Source: Candidatus Iainarchaeum sp.
GTDB lineage: Archaea; Iainarchaeota; Iainarchaeia; Iainarchaeales; VGJJ01
Direction: 5' to 3'
Assembly (NCBI GenBank): GCA_043803765.1
Contig: JAZDJQ010000013.1
Span: 1 to 46,339 of the forward strand
DNA length: 46,339 nucleotides
Shown here: positions 39,866 to 46,339 of the stretch, piece after piece
Layout of the letters: the number at the start of each line of letters is the position of its first letter
Numbering within the stretch: the stretch's first letter is position 1
Made by a program: the position numbers and the translations under genes
Notes under the pieces: model-generated
Seen by the model: only the letters and a program-made list of their open reading frames with translations
Told to the model about the DNA's origin: nothing
The model's database searches: none

Positions 39866-40887
39866 TGATTCCGATACTTTTCAATATCATTGTTCAGAAA
39901 TTCGAGTCGAACGTGTGCATTCGCAAGGATTTGTTCGCTTTCGGTTCCCGCATGATATTTTTTTTCACATACTACGCGGGAAATGCCTGCTCCCACAATA
40001 AGCATGGCACAAACGCGGCAAGGAGTCATTTTACAATACAATGTAGCGCCCCTTAATGAAAGACCATTCCGCGCGGCCTGCAAAATGGCGTTTTGTTCAG
40101 CATGCAGTGTCCGAACACAGTGCCATGTCTCTTTTCCATCTTCATGTACCACTTTTTTCATTTGATGACCAACCTCATCACAGTGTGGCATTCCGGGAGG
40201 AGAACCCACGTATCCTGTTGTAGCGATGTGTTTTCCATGTGCAATTACACACCCGCTTCTTCCACGATCACATGTGGCCCGTTTGGCAACAGTATGAGTA
40301 AGTTCGATGAAATACTCATCCCAAGAAGGGCGATGGTGGACATATTGCAGTTTGTCTAGTAATGAATCAATTTTTTCGTAAAACGCTTCAAATGATCCGT
40401 CATTGATAACAACAAAGTTCGCCATTTCTTTAACTTTCAGCAGTTGCTGGCCGGCAACGTTTGCATTGATGTATTCTCGTTCCTCCATTTTCTTGAAATC
40501 TTCTAAACTCTGAGACTCGTTTTCACGATTCCTTTTTTTTGCTCGCTCAAATCTTGTTTCAATAGGAGCATCCACAAAGACAAGAAAAAAATTTTTGTTC
40601 TTCTCTAATTCCTTTACTTCAAAAGGGTTTCGAACCGATGTAAAGGTGTAGTGAACAACCGGATTGATACCTGCCAGTGCGCGCTTCGCTAAGACGGAAT
40701 TTCCTTCCTTTTCGCGCAACTGGATTCCCATCTCTATTAGGCTTTCTCTTGTAATGGGGATGCCATGTACTGCGCACTCTTTGCGAATTTCGTCAGAAAG
40801 AGAACGGCGAATAAAGCCTTTATTTTCCAAAAACATTGCCAGTGTGTCCTTCCCGGCAGCATTAGTTCCAGTTACCCCAATTAGCAT
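39862..40887 (-). CDS. P-loop NMP/dephospho-CoA kinase-like domain fused to dCMP deaminase
   Basis: N-terminal GTNAAGKD, RN..E, I.NDGS; C-terminal RPSWDEYF, HAEQNA, PCRVC. Confidence 0.9.
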   Translation of the reverse strand: MLIGVTGTNAAGKDTLAMFLENKGFIRRSLSDEIRKECAVHGIPITRESLIEMGIQLREKEGNSVLAKRALAGINPVVHYTFTSVRNPFEVKELEKNKNFFLVFVDAPIETRFERAKKRNRENESQSLEDFKKMEEREYINANVAGQQLLKVKEMANFVVINDGSFEAFYEKIDSLLDKLQYVHHRPSWDEYFIELTHTVAKRATCDRGRSGCVIAHGKHIATTGYVGSPPGMPHCDEVGHQMKKVVHEDGKETWHCVRTLHAEQNAILQAARNGLSLRGATLYCKMTPCRVCAMLIVGAGISRVVCEKKYHAGTESEQILANAHVRLEFLNNDIEKYRNQ

Positions 40888-41049
40888 CTGCTCCCCCCTA
40901 TGTCATTTCTCACTCAAACGTTATAACGCTTTCCTTGTGAAGGGCTTTGCCTACAAAGTATTGAAAAAAGGAACTAAAACAAGATAGGTAAAAAAAAAGA
41001 CCAACCTTTTTATTGATTGGACAATGCATACCGTATCTGGGAGCAGATA

Positions 41050-42471
41050 ATGGGAAGCGAACATTTTATCGAGGGAAACTCTTCTTCTTCTACCGTAATA
41101 TGCACTTTTTGGACTCTTGCCAATTCGGTGGCGGAAAAACTGGACTCGAACATGTTTGCGGTATGCGCCAACCAGTATTCTTTTGATGCATTGAATACGA
41201 TTACGCGTGCAATTCTAAAAAATCCACATTGGCGAAACCTTGTATTATACGGTGCGGATTTGACTCATACGGGGGATGCGTGGGCTGCTTTTTTTCAAAA
41301 GGGCATTGATGAAGATGGAAAAATAAAAGGAACCAATTTCACATTTCAGTTAGAAATAGCGCGAGAGGCATTAGAACAACTGCGTAAAAATGTCACGCTT
41401 ATTGATTTGCGGGGAAAACGAATAGAGGAATTAGTCCATACTATCACGCAGGTACCTATGCAAAAACCATTTGCTCCGCCTTGTGTTTTTCCAGAAGCAC
41501 AACCGGTTGCTTTTCAAGTATTTCCTTCAGAGAAACAAGGGTTTGTGATACGAGCCCCCACTATTTCACATGGATGGTTGCAATTATTAGATATTATTAT
41601 GAAATTTGGGGAAGAGAAACCAACTGAGTATGGAAACAAACAGAAGGAAATAATTAATTTGTTGTGCATTATAGAGGATGACGATGAAAATATTCCTGAA
41701 TTTCTTCCATTTTCGAGTCGAGATTTTGAAGAGTACAAGGGGAAAATTCTAACTGCCGAAAAACCGGAGAATGTAGCGTACACCTATGGTTCTCGTCTCC
41801 ATGCATGGCCGGGAACTAAACCGATAAATCAAGTGCGGCATATAATTGAGTATTTGAAAAAAACGCCTTACACGCGACGAGCAGTAGCAGTAACATGGAA
41901 CGTAGAAAAGGATATTTCAGATAAGAATCCTCCCTGCCTTACAGAAATCGTGTGGTCGGTATCCCACGGAAAGTTACAACAGACCTGCATGGTGCGAAGC
42001 CATGATATGTTTGAGGGGTGGCCGCTCAATCTTTTCGGTTGGAGAGAACTACAAAGGACGGTATCGCAGGAAACAGGAATCCCGATTGGTTCGATAATGG
42101 TGTTGTCGACGAGTGCCCATATTTATGATAAAAAATGGGAGGATGCCAAAAAGATTTTGATGAAATATCCTGTATCGTCTGCACACCAATTCGACCCTGA
42201 CCCTCGAGGGAATTTTGTTATTCGGTTAAATCCAGAGAAAAAACAAATGAGCATTCAGCATTTTACTCCTCTTGGGGAAAAAACACATTTGGTATGGGAA
42301 AACACTCAAGTGGATGAAAAACTCGCGTTAGAAGAATTGTTTTCCAAACTTGCGCAGTCGAATATGATTTCGAGAACGGACCATGCATTCTATTTGGGTG
42401 CGGAACTCCAAAAAGCTTTTTTGGCAATGAAGTTGGGGAAAGAATACAAGCAGGATAAGGCGTTAGAATAA
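41050..42471 (+). CDS. thyA: Thymidylate synthase (archaeal ThyA type) with N-terminal MtrA-like and C-terminal DUF4346-like domains
   Basis: YTYG.RL, TRRA, PPC, RSHD...GWP.N, SAHIY; N-terminal NP..R.LVLYG.D..HTG; C-terminal DP.GNF...DHA.YLG.EL.KA...Y.QD. Confidence 0.85.
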   Translation: MGSEHFIEGNSSSSTVICTFWTLANSVAEKLDSNMFAVCANQYSFDALNTITRAILKNPHWRNLVLYGADLTHTGDAWAAFFQKGIDEDGKIKGTNFTFQLEIAREALEQLRKNVTLIDLRGKRIEELVHTITQVPMQKPFAPPCVFPEAQPVAFQVFPSEKQGFVIRAPTISHGWLQLLDIIMKFGEEKPTEYGNKQKEIINLLCIIEDDDENIPEFLPFSSRDFEEYKGKILTAEKPENVAYTYGSRLHAWPGTKPINQVRHIIEYLKKTPYTRRAVAVTWNVEKDISDKNPPCLTEIVWSVSHGKLQQTCMVRSHDMFEGWPLNLFGWRELQRTVSQETGIPIGSIMVLSTSAHIYDKKWEDAKKILMKYPVSSAHQFDPDPRGNFVIRLNPEKKQMSIQHFTPLGEKTHLVWENTQVDEKLALEELFSKLAQSNMISRTDHAFYLGAELQKAFLAMKLGKEYKQDKALE

Positions 42472-42486
42472 AATAAAAAAAATGGT

Positions 42487-42912
42487 TTAGTCCATTCCCG
42501 TGCTTCCAAATCCACTGCTTCCCCGCAGGGTAGTATTGAGTTCATCTACTTCCTCTAATACGGGGTGTAGAATAGGTTGAATGAGGAGTTGGGCTATTTT
42601 TTTCCCTTTTTCAATCGTATAAGGTTGTTTTCCAAAATTTCCCACTATCACAATTATTTCTCCACGGTATGTTTCATCAATAACCCCTGCCAATGTATGC
42701 AAATGGAATTTGCTTGCCAATCCTGATTTGTCCCATACTAATCCTACGTGTCCTTTTGGAATCGCCATGGCGATTCCAGTTGAAATTCCTTTTTTTTCAT
42801 TTGATTGTAGAACAACCGTTTCACTGGCATACAAGTCCATTCCTGCGTCATCGGGAAGAGCATATTTCGGGAGAATTGCATCGGGGCGGATTTTTTTAAC
42901 GTAGAGGTGCAT
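42487..42912 (-). CDS. dut: Trimeric dUTPase
   Basis: AGMDL, KSGLA, GVID..YRGEI, IAQL, RG.SGFGSTG. Confidence 0.95.
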   Translation of the reverse strand: MHLYVKKIRPDAILPKYALPDDAGMDLYASETVVLQSNEKKGISTGIAMAIPKGHVGLVWDKSGLASKFHLHTLAGVIDETYRGEIIVIVGNFGKQPYTIEKGKKIAQLLIQPILHPVLEEVDELNTTLRGSSGFGSTGMD

Positions 42913-42948
42913 CCGGTAGGTAGGTGAATGTAGAATTTAATTCTGCCC

Positions 42949-43443
42949 TTATTTTCCGAACGTATGTTGTTCATGCACGGTCTTGTAATCGTATAACTCA
43001 TTTGGAGCAAACCATAATGCTATTTCTTTTTGCGCGTCCTCTTTTGAGGAAGAAGCGTGAATCAGATTTCGGATGACTTGTCCTTTAGTATCGCACCATG
43101 CATAGGATTGGTGAGAGAAATCGCCTCGAATTGTTCCAGGAGGAGAAGATTTTGGTTCAGTGCTCCCTACCATTTTTCGTACGAGTTCGATGGATTGTAT
43201 TCCTTCTAATACGAGCGCAATCACGGGTCCTTCTGCGAGGAAATTGATATTTTGGTCTAATACTTTTTGTCCTCTTCGTTGGCCTACATCAGCATAGTGA
43301 TTTGTAGAGTGTTCTCTTGATGGTTGGACGAGTTTCATTCCTATTATTTTCAATCCTACATCTTCAAATCGTTGTAAAATTCGTCCGGCAATTTGTCGTT
43401 GCACTCCATCTGGTTTGATGAGGACTAGTGTTCGTTCCATCAT
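42949..43443 (-). CDS. ndk: Nucleoside diphosphate kinase
   Basis: ERTLVLIKPDGV, PGTIRGDF, N.IHAS. Confidence 0.96.
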   Translation of the reverse strand: MMERTLVLIKPDGVQRQIAGRILQRFEDVGLKIIGMKLVQPSREHSTNHYADVGQRRGQKVLDQNINFLAEGPVIALVLEGIQSIELVRKMVGSTEPKSSPPGTIRGDFSHQSYAWCDTKGQVIRNLIHASSSKEDAQKEIALWFAPNELYDYKTVHEQHTFGK

Positions 43444-43459
43444 AGGTAAAATAATCCTT

Positions 43460-43711
43460 TTACTTTTTTGTTTCTACCGCGCTGTCCATTTTCTCTTCTT
43501 TTTTCTTTTTTTCGTGCTGGCGAATCGCAATGTTAGCCGCTTTCGTTTTGGAATATTCGTTTGTCCATCGTGTCTTGCGGGGTTGTCTTTTCAAATGCAG
43601 TTGATTGTGTTCGCACTTTCGGGAGCAGAATGAGAAAACTTGCCCTGTTTTCCTGGCAAAAAGGAGACCCGTCCCTTTGAGGATGCCTTTTCCGCAGAAT
43701 GAGCATTCCAT
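43460..43711 (-). CDS. rpl24e: 50S ribosomal protein L24e
   Basis: CSFCG...GTG...FCSRKC...PRK..WT. Confidence 0.94.
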   Translation of the reverse strand: MECSFCGKGILKGTGLLFARKTGQVFSFCSRKCEHNQLHLKRQPRKTRWTNEYSKTKAANIAIRQHEKKKKEEKMDSAVETKK

Positions 43712-43717
43712 TTTTCA

Positions 43718-43927
43718 TCATCTCGCTCTAATTTCTTTTGCTTCTCTTTCGGTGTTAAGTAAAATCAGTTTGTCTCCCGCGCGCAATAACCCTTTCACGT
43801 TTCTCCGTTTAACTCTCCCTTTTTCGGGTCCGTCTAGAATCCGGCACAACACTTGGGATATTTCTCCATGTACTCCGGTGCGTTTAACAACTTCGACTAC
43901 TTCTGCGGGTGTTCCGTTTTCAGCCAT
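43718..43927 (-). CDS. rps28e: 30S ribosomal protein S28e
   Basis: AEVVEV..RTG..GE..QV.CRIL.G, RNVKG, TEREA. Confidence 0.94.
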   Translation of the reverse strand: MAENGTPAEVVEVVKRTGVHGEISQVLCRILDGPEKGRVKRRNVKGLLRAGDKLILLNTEREAKEIRAR

Positions 43928-43939
43928 TTTTTTTCACCT

Positions 43940-44308
43940 TTATTTGTTCAACTCGTGAATGTTTTTGATAATTTGGTCTAATTGTGACTGTAATTCCCCC
44001 GCGTCCACAATGGCAACAGCGGCCGCCCCGCCACTCAGTCCGATGCCTGATTTCTCCCCTAATTCCTTTCGTGTATCTGAAAACGTGAAGGGAATGCGTT
44101 TTTCTTTGCATAATATGGGTAAATGCATTGTTAATTCGGCAGGTGAAACGTCTTTTGCGATGATAACGAGCTTGGCCTGCTCGCGCTCGATTGCTTTTGT
44201 GACTTCGTTCACGCCGATGCGCATTTTTCCTTTTTTCTTTTTTAGTTCAGAAAGGAACTCATTTTGTTTTTCTTTGAGTTCGGATGGAACTTCGAATTTC
44301 GTTGACAT
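43940..44308 (-). CDS. rpl7ae: 50S ribosomal protein L7Ae
   Basis: G.NEVTKAIER, LV.IA.DV.P, HLP.LC.EK.IP; SD GGTGAGG upstream. Confidence 0.95.
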   Translation of the reverse strand: MSTKFEVPSELKEKQNEFLSELKKKKGKMRIGVNEVTKAIEREQAKLVIIAKDVSPAELTMHLPILCKEKRIPFTFSDTRKELGEKSGIGLSGGAAAVAIVDAGELQSQLDQIIKNIHELNK

Positions 44309-44316
44309 GATTGTTT

Positions 44317-44345
44317 ACCTCACCCCCGATAGGAGGTTCATTGGC
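44317..44345 (-). promoter_or_regulatory. Kink-turn in rpl7ae 5' UTR (L7Ae autoregulation)
   Basis: mRNA GCC-AAU-GA-ACCUCC-UAUC-GGGGGU-GA-GGU has a C-stem, 3-nt bulge, tandem G-A pairs and NC-stem covering the SD. Confidence 0.75.
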
Positions 44346-44416
44346 CTTGTTTTTATGGGCCGCTATACGCTCAACTCGTGGTAAAAGCCTTATAAATCAA
44401 CGGGATAGAGGGGCTT

Positions 44417-44467
44417 TGTGTATTAAGTCGCTCTTGTGTAAAAAGTCCTGATTCTGTGTAAAAAGTC
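44417..44467 (+). repeat. Three 13-bp direct repeats TGTGTA(TT/AA)AAGTC at the island boundary
   Basis: Copies at 44417-44429, 44435-44447 and 44455-44467. Confidence 0.85.
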
Positions 44468-44491
44468 AAAAGAATGGGCTAGTAGCCCATT

Positions 44492-45574
44492 CTATTTTCC
44501 TGATTTTGTTCTGTTATCTTGTTTGCATAACATTTGGCAATTTTCAGATATGGTCTTTCCACTCTCATGCCAAGGGGTTATGTGGTCTGCTTCCATCCCT
44601 TCTATTTCAAATCTTTTTTTACATTTTGGACAGATACCTTTTTGTCTTTCATAAGATTCTCTTTTTTGTTTATCTGTAAAAGCGCGGATGTTGAGGTATT
44701 TTTCATCTCTTGTCAAAACATATTCGTATATTCCAGCTTTTTTGGTTACTTCTTCATCTTGCATTAATTCTGCTATTTCTTTTTCTAATTTCTTTGGGTC
44801 TAATTCCTTATTTTTGAATTCGTTATATAAAATTCCAAAAGGAATGCCTTTCATTTCTCTGCGGTAGTTGGGGAAGACTACTTTTATCCAGTTGATAACA
44901 TTTTGGAAATACAACCACAGTTCATTTGCATTTGGTTTGTGTTGGTTCTTTGCCATGTATTCTTCAATCTGTTCTTTACTAATCCAGCTAATAATGGTTT
45001 CTAAATAGTCTTGGCGAATTGGCGAACCTTTCATGTAATCACTTGCTATATTATACGCTGGGCAATTTGTTTTACTGAAATATTTTTTTGCATCAGTTAG
45101 CCATGTTCCGGTATAAATGGCATTTCTTAGTTCTTGGTCGGTTAATTTTTCTCCCGCTATGTTTATGATTTTGAACCAATCTAACTTTTCTTTGTCATTT
45201 CCTTCACAAAAATAAATCATTAGCTTATAATTCAAAATTTGTTCTTTTTCTGGTTTTTCAAGATTGTGAAAATATTGAAAATTAAGCGAAAATTTTCCAT
45301 CTATGTATTCGCAAAAACTTATTGTTCTTTGTTGTCCGTCCATTACTTCAAAAGTGCCATCTTCACTTTTGACCCAATAAAATACGTTTAGTGGAAAATT
45401 TTTTCTAATTGTTTCTATTACTGCATCTCGTTGTTTGTCTTTATACACAAATTCTCTTTGATATTTTGGGCGAATATTTAGCTTCCCGCCGTATCCAACA
45501 ACGCCCTCTTCATCGTTATTGACATAGCCACTCGAAACTTCTTTGATTGTTATTTCTTTGAGGGATATTTTCAT
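44492..45574 (-). CDS. DUF262 (GmrS/ParB-like) plus C-terminal HNH endonuclease
   Basis: RP.YQR.FVY, DGQQR, F..IN..G..L; CPKC...DHI.PW...NCQ.LC...N. Confidence 0.9.
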   Translation of the reverse strand: MKISLKEITIKEVSSGYVNNDEEGVVGYGGKLNIRPKYQREFVYKDKQRDAVIETIRKNFPLNVFYWVKSEDGTFEVMDGQQRTISFCEYIDGKFSLNFQYFHNLEKPEKEQILNYKLMIYFCEGNDKEKLDWFKIINIAGEKLTDQELRNAIYTGTWLTDAKKYFSKTNCPAYNIASDYMKGSPIRQDYLETIISWISKEQIEEYMAKNQHKPNANELWLYFQNVINWIKVVFPNYRREMKGIPFGILYNEFKNKELDPKKLEKEIAELMQDEEVTKKAGIYEYVLTRDEKYLNIRAFTDKQKRESYERQKGICPKCKKRFEIEGMEADHITPWHESGKTISENCQMLCKQDNRTKSGK

Positions 45575-45599
45575 GAAATGATGGTGTAATTCAGCTTAT

Positions 45600-46337
45600 T
45601 TAAACTTTCTTATTTCGTATAATTACACGCGCGTATCTTTTCTCTCCTGCAATGAATGGGTATCCATGGTTAAATTCATCTATTTTTGTAGTTGCCATTT
45701 GTCCAATAATTTCAAACTGGTCTGGATTGTATTTGTCCATAAATGTAATTGGTACCCCCATGGTTCCTTTGTAATCTTTCGGGATGTCTTTTGTTTTATC
45801 CACGTTAATGGCATCATAGTTATCGTATTTTGGATAATCTTTTTCGTTTCCTTTGTATGTTTTGTAAAGTATTAATTCTTCGTGGCGTTTTTGTATTTCT
45901 AAATTCGTGAACCATATAACGCCGGATATTCTAATCATTCCATCTTTGTGGTTTCCCGCAGTAGCATAGTCCTCATAATGTTTATTGATGAAATGGCTTG
46001 CTCCCCCATTAAATCCATAACCCAACCAAATTTTATTTTCTTTTATAAGTTTGAAAATTTCTTTATATGAAATAGCGTTCTGGTGTCCGATTATTATAAA
46101 CTTTTTATTGTATTCAATTAATTGAGCAACATATTCTCTGAATAAAGAAAATGGTGGATTTGTTACGATAATATCGGCTTCTTTTAAAATTTCTATACAT
46201 TCGGGGCTTCTAAAATCTCCATTTTGTTTAAGAGGAGTTTTTACTGTGTCTCCATTTGTTTTTTCCAGCTTATATGAAGGTTTCCCATTACCAAAATGGG
46301 TTACTATTAATTTTTTTAATCTAAGATAATGGAAATT
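45600..46337 (-). CDS. Adenine-specific DNA methyltransferase, EcoRI_methylase family (5'-partial)
   Basis: Frame runs off the window: GDFRSPEC...DIIVTNPPFSLFREY, WFTNL, YDNYDAINV, GVPITF.DKYNP.QF. Confidence 0.9.
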   Translation of the reverse strand, partial: NFHYLRLKKLIVTHFGNGKPSYKLEKTNGDTVKTPLKQNGDFRSPECIEILKEADIIVTNPPFSLFREYVAQLIEYNKKFIIIGHQNAISYKEIFKLIKENKIWLGYGFNGGASHFINKHYEDYATAGNHKDGMIRISGVIWFTNLEIQKRHEELILYKTYKGNEKDYPKYDNYDAINVDKTKDIPKDYKGTMGVPITFMDKYNPDQFEIIGQMATTKIDEFNHGYPFIAGEKRYARVIIRNKKV

Positions 46338-46339
46338 CA

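Noticed and set aside
40919-40928. Palindrome CGTTATAACG as an operator of the nucleotide module
   Set aside because: Explained adequately as a TATA element; single short copy.
41050-42471. dCMP hydroxymethylase for DNA hypermodification
   Set aside because: The specificity residue after RSxD is Asn (dUMP type), not Asp, and no glycosyltransferase or phage genes are nearby.
44417-44467. Mini CRISPR array
   Set aside because: Repeats of 13 bp with 5-7 bp gaps are far too short, and there are no cas genes.
1-46339. tRNA/rRNA genes and the many short antisense ORFs in the track
   Set aside because: No tRNA or rRNA signatures seen in the intergenic gaps; the short ORFs overlap well-supported genes and lack motifs.

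Overview
Archaeal chromosome segment, most likely DPANN (inferred from gene content and compact, divergent housekeeping genes). It holds a Hel308 helicase with two LAGLIDADG inteins (5' end outside the window), cdc6, sepF, both PolD subunits, NOG1, a membrane-biogenesis block (secF-secD, archaeosortase, carS, sppA, DUF92), eS1/uS15, bud32, valS, grpE-dnaK-dnaJ with a divergent wHTH regulator, a 22-repeat Cys-rich lipoprotein, kae1, and the conserved L7Ae-S28e-L24e-ndk-infB-S6e-aIF2gamma-PIN-rpoE-spt4-S24e-S27ae string. A four-gene dUMP/dTMP module sits between ndk and infB. The right end is an AT-rich island (EcoRI-family MTase plus DUF262-HNH nuclease) bounded by three TGT-initiated direct repeats. 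Most notable: the MtrA-like/ThyA/DUF4346 fusion beside a Dcd homolog lacking its catalytic Glu, an unannotated 47-aa protamine-like gene, the transposon-end-like repeats, and several cis-regulatory motifs. All calls come from motif recognition; no searches were run.
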